Source of the DNA: Vicugna vicugna
Lineage: Eukaryota
Direction: 5' to 3'
Length of the DNA: 64,000 nt
Assembly: GCA_013265495.1 (NCBI GenBank)
Contig: MU062233.1
Location: 7,842,554 to 7,906,553, forward strand
Shown: piece by piece, positions 24,000 to 42,813 of the stretch
Position numbering within the stretch: the first letter of the stretch is position 1
Layout of the letters: each line of letters begins with the position of its first letter
Notes under the pieces: generated by a model
What the model was told of the DNA's origin: nothing
Databases searched by the model: none
What the model saw: only the letters and a program-made list of their open reading frames with translations
Position numbers and translations under genes: made by a program

Positions 24000-25145
24000 C
24001 TACATTGATGCTGGCTGATGTGTGCCTGGTTTCCTCTCATGGCCTGCCCTAGCTTTACCACCTTGCTACTATCAAAGAACGTGAAAGGGGATGGAACACA
24101 CTAAACCTGAATTCTGGATTCTTGGTGTCTGCAGCCTAGCGGAGATGGCCCATAGTTTATCTGGTTTGAGTAGAAGGAGCCTCCTCAGAGGCAGTGCTGG
24201 ACACCCAGGGGTGCTCTGGATACTGGAGGTTGAAGAGAGGGAGGTGCATGGGACTGCAGCAGGGGTCAAGAGACACACTGGAGAGGTGGTAGGTGGGACA
24301 GGTAAGTGGTAGAGGTAAGGAGATAGATGATAATTAGAAGGGCAGTTTTAGAGGTGAGGAGATAGGGCACAGTGGGCAAGTAGAGTAGGACCAAGTAGTG
24401 AAGCGAAGAGTTGGGGTAAAGAATATGTGTCTCTGGGCCCCACTGCTTCCCTCTGTCTCGGGTAAGTCAGGGCAGCTCTGCCACAGCTCTAGACCACTAA
24501 AGCCCATCTTCCCATGGACAGGCCTTTGGGCCCTGCTGGCTTTACTGGTGGAGGCTTAGAAAGAAATTGGATTCTGAAGGGTGCCAGCTCTGTTGCATCA
24601 GTCTGAATGCACCTGAACAGATGAAACTTATTTCACCCTCACTTTCTCTGTTATCACCACCTGCGTCACCAAGCCGCAAAGAATCCTGGCCCAGGAACTC
24701 TCACAGCTGAGGGTGGATACCCGGCAGGGCTGCAGCTGCCCGGGTCAGATTAGAAATCCACTCACAGGGTACGCCTAACCAGCACACCAGCCACAGTCCA
24801 CCCTAAATGAGCTCAGGCCTGGCCCTCTGGGTTCTTCACCATCCTCAGCTAGTCTGTCCCTCATAGAAGGAGCTACACTCCTGCCAAGGTTTGTGAGAAG
24901 GTGGCCGCCCTTTCCCTACCCCAAGCCCAGCGTGGGGGAGGTCTTGCGCCCGTCCCCTTCTGCATGTCTGAGGCCACCGGCAACTGCCGCCCCCGTTGAG
25001 ATTTGCCCTGACCCAGTTTTGAAAGACCCTTATTTATAACTTTTATACTTTGTCCAGGCCTTGGCCCTTCCCTCCTCCCCAGGTCTCATGGGGCAGAGGC
25101 TGTTTTTTTTTAACATGTTCGTTTGTATTGATGTATGAACTCGTC

Positions 25146-25151
25146 AATAAA
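25146..25151 (+). terminator. Poly(A) signal of MAPKBP1
   Basis: Canonical AATAAA with upstream UGUA elements and a U-rich upstream region. Confidence 0.7.
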
Positions 25152-25427
25152 CACAATCATTTGCTAATTCTGGGATGCCCTGGAGTGAGCAGGCGAGAGA
25201 AGGCACGGTTTCGAGCTCGCCGCTTGGATTCAGAATCTGTCGTCATGTCGGGGCGGGGGAGGAGGCTGCTAAAGTCAGCGGTAGGAGGAGCACAAGGTGT
25301 AGGGGAGGGCTGGGAGCCTGGCGGGCTGCAGGACCGAGCCCTGGAGTGGGGCTGCGGGGAGGGCGGGGCTTCGGGGCCGGGGCGGGGTCTCAAGGAGGGA
25401 GGGGCGGGGCCTCGGGGCGGCGGCATC

Positions 25428-31365
<5,938 letters not shown>

Positions 31366-31632
31366 CAAAGCCCTGGTGAACGTCACCAAGACAACTCGTG
31401 GAAAAGGTCGTGCCTGTCCCAGGCTGGGTCAACTCTAGAGGCAACTTGGAGTCAGAGGTGCTGGCTGCTGGCCCTGCTGGGCTTAGGGTCAGCTTTGGAG
31501 GCTGGGGAGGTGGTCTGGAGGACCAGGAGGTGCCAGGCAGGTCTGGGCTCCCCTGGAGTTGGCGCATGGGTCAGCAGCCTGTGCTGGAGGGGGAACGGGG
31601 CTCCAGGTGCAGCCTCGTCTCGCGCCAGCGCC

Positions 31633-31785
31633 ATGACCTTGGGCGAGTTACTGCCTCAGAGCACTGGTGTCCTGTCTGTAAAATGGAGATAATGACGGTT
31701 CCTACCTCACGGGTGTTGAAGATGATATCTGTAAGGATGACACAGGTCTGGCACAGGGGAGGTATTCAATAAAAGGCAGCTGTGA
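31633..31785 (+). mobile_element. MIR in JMJD7 3' UTR
   Basis: TGACCTTGGGCGAGTTAC..CTGTAAAATGGAGATAATG..CCTACCTCAC...CTGGCACAG..GGTATTCAATAAA. Confidence 0.75.
31768..31773 (+). terminator. JMJD7 poly(A) signal, located inside a MIR element
   Basis: AATAAA about 400 nt after the JMJD7 stop, at the position of the MIR 3'-end CTCAATAAA motif. Confidence 0.6.
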
Positions 31786-32804
31786 TTCACTAGTGCTCAG
31801 ACTCCCTCGCAGTTGCCTGCTGTGGTCTGGTGAGGGCTGGAAGGTTTAGGTGACCTTGGTTGGGGTGAGGGTTGGGTCTAGGCTGGGGCCTGAGGACCTC
31901 TTTGCTGCCAAGACCCCTCTATCCAGGACGGCCGTTGCAGCACCCCTGGGCAGGCCGGCCTCAGGCCTGTAACTCTGGCGTGGAACTCATTGACGCAGGG
32001 CCCGTAAAGCTCTTCCTAGCTTTGCTCTGGCCTTGCTTGCTCTCCTCCGGCTGGGGCCTGGTGCCCCGAGAGTCACCCTTTTCTCTCTCACAACAAGCAC
32101 AGGAAGAAGGGGACAGAAACCCTCCTGAGGCTGCTCCCCAGATGAAGGAGTGGGTTTCTACACTCAGACTCCCGCCCTGCCCCACCCTGGCCCTGGAGAC
32201 GGAGGAGCCCCCTTGCCCAGGAGCCAACCCAGAGGCCTCCTCCCCAGCCACCCAGCTCCAAGGTGGAGGCAGCCTGGCATGCGGCTTTCAAGGGCTGTTT
32301 CCTGGAACAAGCCGCAGCCCTGCCAGGTTGTGCTGGGGCTTGGGGCGCTCCTCAGATTGGCCAAGCACTTTAGTCGGGACTGGGCAGTTCAGTCACCCTG
32401 GTACCAGGCGGTTGCGAAAGGCCCTATGCTGGGGGACACAGCTCTTAGATTTGCTGCTGCTGCTCCGGGGCCCACTCCCTGCTTCCTAGACCTCAGCAGT
32501 CCCTCCAGGGACCCCTCCAGTCTCGCGCGCAGCCTTTGACATTGAGGTCTCCTGGGGGCCCCTCTAGGTCCAGGCAGGGAGAGCAGGGCCGGGTGGGTAG
32601 GTTAGACCGAGATGGTGATGGCTGGAGAGAATATCTTCCCGTGTGTTGAGCCCCCATCATGAGGGTGTCAGTGACTCCATGTATGTTTAAGGTGTCTCAT
32701 TTCCCAGACAGGTGGTTGGTCCGGGTGTGGGTGTGGGGCTTGGCTGGAGCGGAGGTGGCTGGGAGGAACAGGGAGGAGCTTGGGACTAGCTGGGACATCC
32801 CTGG

Positions 32805-32880
32805 CTCTGGGTTAAAAAGCTGACAGTCCTCAGTCCTGCAGGCACAGCCCGTCATTCTTGCCTCCCGAGGACTCCACCCC
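32805..32880 (+). promoter_or_regulatory. Putative PLA2G4B proximal promoter / 5' UTR with TATA-like TTAAAA
   Basis: GTTAAAAAGC at 32811-32820, about 65 nt upstream of ATG GCT CTG|gtaaga. Confidence 0.35.
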
Positions 32881-35800
32881 ATGGCTCTGGTAAGATATGG
32901 TTGGGCACTGGTCCCTCTGGGGCCGGCTTAATGCTGTTTTTTAAGGGAGTCGTGAGCTTCTCCAGGCGTTTGCTGGCCTTGGACCAGGGATGGGAGCAGA
33001 AGCCCGGGAAGGGGCAGGGTCTTGGGATGAAGGGTCATCCTGAGTTCTTTCTGCCCTAGAGATGGACTCTAGGCAGAGCTCCCTGGCACCGTGGACTTGG
33101 ACCCTGAGAACTCAGGCTCCCAGCTGCTGTCCTGGGGCCCCAGAGGAAGTGGCTGCTCCAGTGTTCCTTGTGACTCAGTTGCTTCGGGTGTTGGGGCCCC
33201 AGGGCTGACACTGATGGATGAGCTTCCCCAGCTCTGCCCCTGGACTCCATCTGTCAGAGCCCTTCTGAGGCAGGGCCGAAGGCCAAAAGGAAGAATTGGT
33301 TGGAGCAGGGTCTACATCCCCATACCCAGGGTCGTGGGTTTGAATGGGGCCACCTGGGGACTATCTTTAGCCTGAACTTGTAGGACCTGGAAGATGGGAC
33401 AACCTGTGGGTGATCTGAACTGGTAACTGCCATCCTAGCCTAGCGGAGAGCCCTTTCCAGAACTGTCCCCGGGCCAGGGGTGGAGAGCACAGAAAGCAGC
33501 TCAACCAGGGGCCCTGATGTACCTCTCCGTCTGCCTCTGTAGCCTTATGTCCACACCCCTCCACCACACTGGGACCCCCCAGCCACCCAAGACCAGCCTC
33601 AAGGCTGCTTAGAAAAAGGGAGCCGGGGACGTGGAATGGCAAGAGTGAGGATACCATACCAGGAACTGGAAGCAGGGAGGTGTCGGGTGAGAGCTCCAGT
33701 CAAGCTAGCCCGGTCCAGTCCTGGCCCTGGACCTCAGGGAAGCAACGACTTCGCCTTTCTGTGCCTCTCTTTCCTTGTGGGGTTGGTCATGATAAGTAGT
33801 CCCCACGCATAGGGTGGTTGTGTGATTAAACTGAGTTACTTTACATAAAGCCCTGGACCAGAGGCGGCCCGGAGTGTTGTGTAAGTGTCGACAGGCGTCA
33901 TTAGGAGGTACTGTGGCCTCATTTTGGCTCACAGCTGGTGGGTGGAGGACAGGCCTTTGGCTGGGCAGGGCAGGTCCTTTGATTCGGGATTAGGCCTCGG
34001 GGTGTCACCCCAGCCTCCCCTGGGCCCTTGTTGCTTTGGGGCCCATCAACCTGCAGTAAGCCGATTTCTCCCTCCCTCCCTCTGCAGGCAAAGGTACCCG
34101 GGACATGCTTGCTCACCATTCGTGTCCTGCAGGCCCGTGGCCTGCCCTCCAAAGACTTAGGTGAGTGCTGGGTCCAGGGTGGGCAGTGGTTCTGCAGTGG
34201 GAAATGGAGTGGGGCAGGGCAGTGGGAAGAGGCGTCAGTAGGGCTGGGTGTGCAGGGGGTTCTTGGGGAGGGTGCTGAGAGAAGGTACCAGGTGGATCGT
34301 TGAGGTGGGGCCTGCACCTCCTGCCCCTAACCCAGCACCATTCTGTGGGTCTCTAGGTCCCCTGCTGGAAGAACATGGGCTCCGGGCAGCTGGACTGGGA
34401 AGGGCTCTTGGCCCTCACTGGGCACTTGTTCTTCTATCCCACAGTGACCCCCTCTGACTGCTATGTAACTCTGTGGCTGCCCACAGCCTCCAGCCACCAG
34501 CTTCAGACACGCACGGTCAAGAACAGTAGAAATCCCATCTGGAATCAGAGCTTTCACTTCCGAATCCACAGCCAGCTCAAGGTGGGCGGGTGTCAGCCCT
34601 GCCCCTGCTCGCTGTCCCTGTCCACCCACTGTCACCGTCCCCTCCCAGCCCCTTGTCCCCTGCCCCACCCCTCCTTCCTGCAGCGCCTTCACTCTGTTCC
34701 CCTTTCAGAACATTGTGCAACTCAAAGTCTTCGACCAGGACCTTCTGACCAAGGATGACACCCTGTTGTCAGTGCTGTTTGACGTGGGGACTTTGCGGAT
34801 GGGAGAGTCCCGGCACGAGACTTTCTCACTGAACCCTCAGGTAAGGCTGTGCGCAGGGCGGCAGGGGCCTCGGCCCTGGGAAGGGGGTGCTTTGGTGGGT
34901 AGCCAGGAACATGGCTTCTTTCTCCAATGAGTGGCCCAGGCTTCCCTGGCATCCCAGAGGCCTCTGTCAGCCAAGAGCTTCTGTCCACCAGAGAGCAGTC
35001 CTATCCTCATTGTTTTTCTTGGTCCCTCTTTGTAACTTGCTGCTTTCTCTCTCCAGGGCAAGGAGCAGCTGGAAGTTGAATTTCGGCTTCAGAGTCTGTG
35101 AGTTGGGCCAAGGGGCGGTTCCTGTGTGGGAGGGATTCCAGCGCACGCAGAGCTGACACCCTTCCTGGGAGGCACCAGGGTGGAGGAAAGCCCAGGCCTC
35201 CTTGGAGGGTGAGAACCTGAGAACCTGGACTCTTCCTAAGGGTCAGTGGGGGCTCTTTCCAGGACAGACTGTGAGCAGCTGGTCAGCAACGGCATCCTGG
35301 TGGTGAGTCTAGAACCCTCCCTCTTGCCATCCTCTCACCGTCCTCCCCGGGCCTGAACTTTGTGCCCCACCATGGGGCTCAGGGGTAGAGCTGAGTGGGG
35401 GGCCCTGGGATTTCAGTTCAAAGGGATACAACCCCAGCCTCATGATTGGTGACTCAGGGCCAAGGTAATAATATGCTGAGGAGCAAGACCCAGGGTCCTG
35501 GGAGGGTGGGGTCTCCAATAGGAGAGGGGCTCGAGTCTGAGGGGCTCTCTTCATGCCCCAGGCCCGGGAGCTCTCCTGCTTGCATGTTCGACTGGAGAAG
35601 GCAGGGGATCAGAAGGGTGAGTCCCCCACCCTCTTCTCCTTTCCAAGGGGACCCTGGAGGGAGGGGGCCTTGTACTAGCTGCCCTCAGCTCTCAGGCAGG
35701 AGCAGGGGTTGGAGGGAAAATCCACACCAGGGCTTTTCCCCGTAGTCCTCAGAGGGACTGTGGTGAGGGCTCCATCTTCCAGCCTAGGTCTGGGCCAGAC

Positions 35801-38800
35801 CTCCATCGCAGTAGAGATGGCCGCTTAGGTAAGACAGGGGCCTCTGTGGGGGCTCCCATTCCTAGCCTCTCTGCTCTGGTTCCTGTTTCCAGAGTCAGAG
35901 GGCAGAGTTCAGCTGGTGCTTCCTGGGTCCCGTGAAGGTCCGCAGGAGGCCTCGGTGGAAGCCGGCTCCTTCTGCTTCCATTGCCCGGCCTGCTGGGAGC
36001 AGGAGCTGAGTGTTTACCTGCAGGTAGTGCACGGCTTCCTCCTGGGTGCCGGAGCTGCAGGGCCCCTCCGCCTCCTTCCCAGCGCCTCCTGCCAGCCTGT
36101 CCCTCTGCTCACCCTGAGCCCCACCCCCCATCAGAATCAGGCACCTGGGAAGTGTGGAGTCGACCTGTCTCCTGTCCCCCTTCCTATTGCTTTTCTGTCA
36201 CTCCCAGGGGCCGTTGGTGAGGTCCCTGCTGGAACGGAGGGGTGGAGATTCTTAGGTCTTCTTTCATCCTCCCTGCAGGACGCCCCCCAAGAGCGTCTGA
36301 AGGTGCCCTTGAGGGCCCTGCCCTCTGGCCAAGTGGTGAGACTCGTCTTCCCTACGTCCCAGGTACTGGTCACCCAGAGAAAGAAAGACAGATGCACGGG
36401 CAAGGCTGGGCCCAGGCCCCAGGCCTTGAAGGGCTGGCCTGCTTCTCTAGCAGCTTCTGTCCTCAGGCCCTGACCTGGACAAGTGCTGGGCCAGACTCTG
36501 GGGAGGGGGTCCTCTGAGCATCCCTGCCCTCGGGCCTCAGACCTGGCCCCTGTGGAGATGGCTGGGGCCCAAGGGAACATGGGGAAGTCCTGGGACATGG
36601 CTTGGGTTGGGATGAGGGAACAGAGTGGCCAATCTTTGTGACTGGAGTGTTCATGGTTTTCAGGAGCCCCTGATGAGGGTGGAGCTGAAAAAAGAAGAAG
36701 GGTGAGAGGCTGGCTGGGCCCTGGGGAAGGTCACGGGGGACAGCAGCCAGGGCATTCAGCCTGGAGGAGCGAGGGGGATGGGCTGACTCCTAGCAGAGAT
36801 GCTCAGGGGTCGCTCCCAGGGTGAGGCATGAGGTGTGGGAGCCTCAGCAGATGAAAGCTCTTTTTGTCAACTTTTCACATGCGTTTTTGAAGCAGTCAGA
36901 GAGGTGTGTGCCTCGTCCTGTGCCTGGCACTTAGGAGGCACTTGCTAAATGTTTGGCTGGAAGAACAGGTGAAGGTGGGAGAGTGGTGAGAGGCAGACGG
37001 CAGGAAGCTGAGAGGCGCGCAGTCAAGGCCCTTCGGGAGGCAGTTGTGGACGGGCCTCTGCTAACCTTCAGGAGACAAGAGGAGCCGCCCACACGGGCCC
37101 TCCGCATGCCCGGGAGGCTAGCTTCCCACCATGAAGTGGTGGGAGCCCTGTTCCCCACCCACTTTGAAGTCATTTTTGGGTGGGTGACACACAACAGCTG
37201 AGAGGTGGAAGTGGATCAATGGTGTTGGGTCCCATCCAGGGGCCTCTGGTCACCACTCCTGGTCCTGTGCACCTGTTGTGCTGCATTGCCCAAGGGTGTC
37301 CCCACAAGGGTCTGGGTTCACCTTCTCCCATCATCCACACACGTCACACTTCAGTCAGGGCACAGGAGCAGGGCTGAGAGTTGGGGAGAGGAGGGAGAGA
37401 AGGATGGTGGTGGGCCTTTCCGGGGAGGCAGGCCCAGCTTCCCCTTCTCTGACGAGGCCGGGAGCTGCCTCACGGTCCCTTCCTTCCCACCCAGACCGAG
37501 GGAGCTGGCCGTGCGGCTGGGCTGTGAGCCCTGCGCCGAGGAGCGGGCCTTCCTGAGCAGGAGGCGGCAGGTGGTGGCCAGGGCCCTGAAGCAGGCCCTG
37601 CAGCTGGATGGAGACCTGCAGGAGGATGAGGTCTGGGGACTGGGCTGGATTGGGTGGGCATCCCCCAGTTCAGTGCTGGATGCTGGGACCGGTTGTTCCC
37701 TAACCGGACCAGAGCCGGTGCCGAGCCAGGCTTGAGCCCTGCTCTGCTTCCTGCTCACGTGCTGTTGTCAGGAGCTTGACGGCATCAAATGCAGAGCGTT
37801 ACATGAGGCACCTGCAGCTTTCAAGCTGCCTCGCGGGCTAGCTTTTCTTCTCATTGTTTCTTGATTCCTGGCCTGGTCCAGATTTTGAGACTAGGCCCAG
37901 TCTGATGGATCAGTGAGACATACAGCCTGAGGGCCACCGGCTGGTCCAGGGCAGTCCCTGGAGGTTTGGATCGACCTGGTGCATCTCCTAAGGAAATGAC
38001 CTCTCCTTGCGAGAGGGAGAGGGGTGGCCATGTGGGGGACCTGGGGGCCCAGGGGCTTCAAGAAAGCAACCACCAAACTCCTCAGGGGCTGGAGGTGAGG
38101 AGATGAGGACTGGAACTTGTCCGTTCTTCCTGGAGTTCTTAAAACCAGACAGGCCTTACCCTCGCAAGGTTACTTTTGACTAGACCCTTCTTAGGAGGCC
38201 TGACTAGAACTGGTCCCAAAAGCCGTGATCAGATCTTGACCAGCCTTAGCTATGGGTGAGCTGAGTCGCCTCTTGGCTTGCTACCTCCTCTCCTGTGGCA
38301 TGGCCTTCCATCTTCCTAAGGCCTCTCTGAGCCTGGCTGTTCTCTCTTCCAGATCCCAGTGGTAGCTGTTATGGCCACTGGTGGTGGAATCCGGGCCATG
38401 ACCTCCCTGTATGGGCAGCTGGCCGGCCTGAAGGAGCTGGGCCTCTTGGATTGCATCTCCTACATCACAGGGGCCTCTGGCTCCACCTGGTGAGCTGGCA
38501 GCAGGTCGAGTGCTGGAACCTGGGGGTGGCTAATTGGGTCTTGGCAGGAGGGTGTGGTGGTACGGCTCTCCTAGACTCCACAGGCCTCCCTGACCAACTT
38601 GGAAGGGCTGGGAGAATGCACGTGCCAGAGAGAAACGTGTTCAAGTGGACCCGGGCCCCTGGATGGTGCTTGTCAGACTCTTGTCCTAGGGTACAGAGCC
38701 CAAGGCCTATGACGGGGCCCTTGAGTGATGATCCCTCTGGCTTTGGCTTTTCCCAGGGCTTTGGCTAGCCTCTACGAGGACCCAGAGTGGTCTCAGAAGG

Positions 38801-41800
38801 ACCTGGCAGGGCCCATTGAGTCACTGAAGGCCCAGGTGACCAAGAGCAAGCTGGGCGTGCTGGCCCCCAGGCAGCTGCAGCGGTATCGGGAGGAGCTGGC
38901 TGAGCGTGCCCGCCTGGGCTACCCGAACTGCTTCACCAACCTGTGGGCCCTCATCAACGAGGCACTGTTGCACGGCGAGGTGCGGGGAGGGGTGTGGCTG
39001 GGGAGGGGATTAGGGCGGGGAGTTGTTGGGGGGCGGGTGATGGGGGGTGGCCAGCCACCAAAGGGCCAGGTCCAGGGCTGGAGAGCAGCCTTGGGCATCG
39101 GGGGTGGAAAAAGCCCTGGGAAGCCATGGCTTTTGGTTCAAATTATCTTCCCCTAGCCCCATGACCACAAACTCTCAGACCAGCGGGAGGCCCTAAGTCG
39201 TGGCCAGAACCCTCTGCCCATCTACTGTGCTCTCAACACCAAGGAACGGAACCTGACTACCTTTGAATTTGGGGGTAAGTAGCCCCAGAGCTGAGGCCCG
39301 TGCTCTTGCAGTTGGCAGGATGAGAGGTAGCTGGGCCTGTGTATGAAAGTGGGCGTCACACCTAGCACTTCTGGGCCTGGCCCCATGCTTTCCAGAGCCT
39401 GTCATCCTACTGGAGTCACTCAGCTTTGGGATGGGGCCAAGGGCCGTAGGTCCAACACTCAGGGTGCCAGCAACAAGGCTGAGCCTCCTGGTCACCAGGC
39501 TGCCTGTCACGAGGCCTGTGGTGGGTGCATTGGTGCCCAGGGTCCTCAGGTTCTGGGCCCCACGGTGAGTCCGTGTGGCCTCTTCACAGAGTGGTGCGAG
39601 TTCTCCCCCTACGAGGTCGGCTTTCCCAAGTACGGTGCCTTCATCCCCGCTGAGCTCTTTGGCTCCGAGTTCTTCATGGGGCGCCTGACAAAGCAGCTTC
39701 CTGAGTCCCGCATCTGCTTCCTGGAAGGTGAGGGGTCTGGGAGGCTGGGGAAGCTGGGGTAGTGGGGAGAATGGGCCTGAGTGGAATGGTGGGCTCTGCC
39801 TTCCCAGCTCAGTCCCTGGGTGGGTTGGGGGAGGGTCAGGTTGCAACAAAGTGGGGGACTCTCCCACTCGTGTCTCCTTCTCAGGTATCTGGAGCAACCT
39901 GTATGCAGCCAACCTCCAGGACAGCTTATATTGGTCCTCAGAGCCCAGCCAGTTCTGGGACCGCTGGGCACAGGATCAGGCCAGCCTGGGTAGGTGTCCA
40001 GGCTCCCTCACCTGGATGGGAGAGGCAGCGAGTGGAGCTGTATTTGGGGAGGAGGGGGATCTCAGGCCTTTGGGAGTCCATAGAGGCCAGACTAAAGGTC
40101 CAGGGATCCCTGTTCCTCCTTCTTGACTGCAGACAAGGAGCAGGTTCCCCTTCTGAAGATAGAAGAACCTCCCACAGTGGCTGGCAGGATAGCTGAGTTT
40201 TTCACTGACCTTCTGACGCGGCGTCCACTTGCCCAGGCCACCCACAATTTCCTGCATGGCCTCTCTTTCCACAAGGACTATTTCCACCATCCTCACTTCT
40301 CTTCCTGGAAAGGTATCTGCTTTTCTCTTCCTGGTCCCAGCTCTTCAAAGTCTTCCCATGGTCGCCTGAGCCTTGGGTCCCTGGTCCAGACATGTGCACT
40401 CTCCAACCCCTCAGCCCCAAGCCCTTTGAGCTCAGTTCCCTGGGTTGCTTGGAGCTGGAACCCTTTTTACTCTCCTTATGTTGGGGTCAGGGCCCATCCG
40501 TGAGACCTCAGGAATTGAGGTGCTGCTTTGGCAGGATTGAGCAGGAGCTGGAGGGCAGGGCCTTCTTCCCTCAGCAGCAAGGAGCTGGTGTTAGGCTGGA
40601 GGGGGCTGGTGCTCAGCACCAGTGACAGCTGCTCTCCACCCGACCCCCTACCTTTCCAGCCGCCAAGCTGGATGGCCTCCCCAATGAGCTGACACCTGCA
40701 GAGCCCTACCTTTGCCTGCTGGATGTTGGCTACCTTGTCAACACCAGCTGCCCACCCCTCCTGCGGCCCACACGGGACGTGGACCTCATCCTGTCACTGG
40801 ACTACAACCTCCATGGAGCCTTTCAGGTGGGCTGGGGGCAGGCTTGGGAGGTGGGGGGCAATCCAGAAGCATCCCGACTCCTGCCTCTGGATAGATTTGC
40901 TTAGGAGTCCGGTTTCTGGGCCAGCTTCCCTTGGGGGCTGTGACACGACCCTGTGAACGGAAGGCTGTGGAATCTGAACTCACCACCAGGGGAGTAGTGA
41001 TGGGGAAGCTGGCAGTGCTTTAAAATGTATCCTGTCTGGGTCTGCTTTGCTATCTCTGCACCCCGTTTGGTCCTGGACCTCTAGAACTCCTTGCTTTGAG
41101 TTTCTGCTGGCCCAATGAAGAATTTTGTCTCCCAACTGCAGAACCTGGGGTTTGTTAGCAGCCCAGCTTGGTTGAGCCCAGAGGAGCTGCTGTAGACAGC
41201 TACAAGGTTTAGAGCATTTTTTTAAGTCAAGTCTGGCCTGTTGGGTCCACGAGAGTCTGACTTGGCATCTGGGCACTCAGTTCCATGTCTTAGTGGCTCT
41301 CCACGTTCCATCAGCGCAGCGTGGAGGACACAGGAGCCCATGCAGGCCCATCCCACTGACACCGCCTCTGTTCGCCCTGCAGCAGCTGCAGCTCCTGGGC
41401 CAGTTCTGCCAGGAGCAGGGCATCCCGTTTCCACCCGTCTCGCCCAGCCCAGAGGAGCAGTGCCAGCCCCGGGAGTGCCACCTCTTCTCTGACCCTGCCT
41501 GCCCCGATGCCCCCGCCGTGCTGCACTTCCCGCTGGTCAATGCCTCGTTCCGGGAGCACTCGGCCCCTGGTGAGTCACTGTCCCCCACCCCCCGCCCCCA
41601 GCGGTTGCGCCCATGCCCAGGCTGCATTCTCTCCACAGGGGTCCGGCGGACAGCCGAGGAACAGGAGGCCGGGGAGGTGAACCTGTCTTCATCCGACTCC
41701 CCCTACCACTACTCGAAGGTGACCTACAGCCAGGAGGATGCAGACAAGCTGCTCCGCCTGACGCATTACAACATCTGCAACAACCAGGAGCGGCTGCTGG

Positions 41801-41859
41801 AGGCCCTGCGTGAGGCCGTGCAGCGGCGGAGGCAGCGCCTGCGGTGCCGGCCCGAGTGA
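32881..41859 (+). CDS. PLA2G4B: PLA2G4B, cytosolic phospholipase A2 beta (group IVB), complete, 20 exons, 783 aa
   Basis: Exons: 32881-32889, 34088-34160, 34445-34581, 34709-34840, 35057-35097, 35263-35302, 35562-35616, 35893-36023, 36279-36362, 36664-36701, 37495-37630, 38353-38489, 38757-38979, 39157-39274, 39590-39727, 39885-39989, 40133-40312, 40660-40826, 41383-41569, 41639-41859. Total 2352 nt. The C2 domain is present ([21 protein letters not shown]). Catalytic motifs TGGGIRA (Arg), GASGSTW (Ser) and CLLDVGY (Asp) are intact. Confidence 0.96.
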
Positions 41860-42813
41860 TGGGCGGGGAGGCTGCTGTGCCCTGGCCTGCGGCTCTAGCC
41901 TGGCCCCCATGGCCCCTGATTCGTTTTTAAGGCTCACTCTCCGGCCGCCTTGCTTCTCCAGTTGAGTCGGGGTGGAGACCATCATCGACAAGTTCCAGAG
42001 CTGCTGGGGGTTTGGACGGCACATTTGTGGTACCCGGCACCACAGCCACGGCCCTGAAGCCGACACCCTTGGGTAGGGCGAGGGTCTTAAACAGGGGCTG
42101 GACTCTCTCTCCTCAGGTTTTGGTCTCCATGCTGTGGCCAGAGAAAATGCAGAGATTCTGTGGCAGCGGGGGGAGAGCGGGGCAGGATTGGCCATATTTG
42201 TAAGAGCACAAAGGCCAGGGCCTGTGTGTGCTTTCCCTTCCTGGCTACCTTGAGTAGCTGTGCAGAGTGAAATAGAGCATTTCTTGTATTACAGAGGCTC
42301 ACACAACCATGAGGCGTTATGGAGATTACTGTCACTGCTGCCAAGAGGGACATGTATCATTCCAGGCTCTTGGTTACACATGCTGAGAACTGGTTTAGAA
42401 AACAAAACATCTCTGGCAACTTACAGAGCTGGCAAGTCAGCTTGGTTGGGCTTCCCCAGGACTGCCGTGTCTGCTCCACTCAGGCCAGAGAGGAAGCCAG
42501 TTCGGGCTGGTGGCCTTGCGTCTGCAGGCCTAGCTCTGCTCCGGGGAGCAGACTCACAGGCCATGACGGCCATCACTCCTGTCCTCCTCACCCAGGGACT
42601 CAAAGGGCTGCTGCCTGTCTCATGGTAGGGGTGTCCAGACCTGGGGCCAGAGGAGCCAAGGAAAGAGGCCAGTGATAACTTTGTGACTTCAGCAAGCTGT
42701 GACATTGGTGGGGCCTGTCTTCTAACAGGGAACTGTCTATTCCAGAAGTTGGTCCTGAGGGGCCTGGTAGCTGAGTCTCCTGGTCCCCTCAAGGGTGTCC
42801 TCACTTGCAGCCC

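Larger units (their letters stand above)
23002..25170 (+). other. MAPKBP1: MAPKBP1 3' UTR (approximate end)
   Basis: Follows the TGA at 22999-23001. AATAAA at 25146-25151 is preceded by two TGTA (CFIm-type) motifs at 25124 and 25132. Confidence 0.7.

Noticed and set aside
38985-39060. G-run cluster (G-quadruplex-like) in a PLA2G4B intron
   Set aside because: Such runs are very common in this GC-rich locus and nothing singles this one out.
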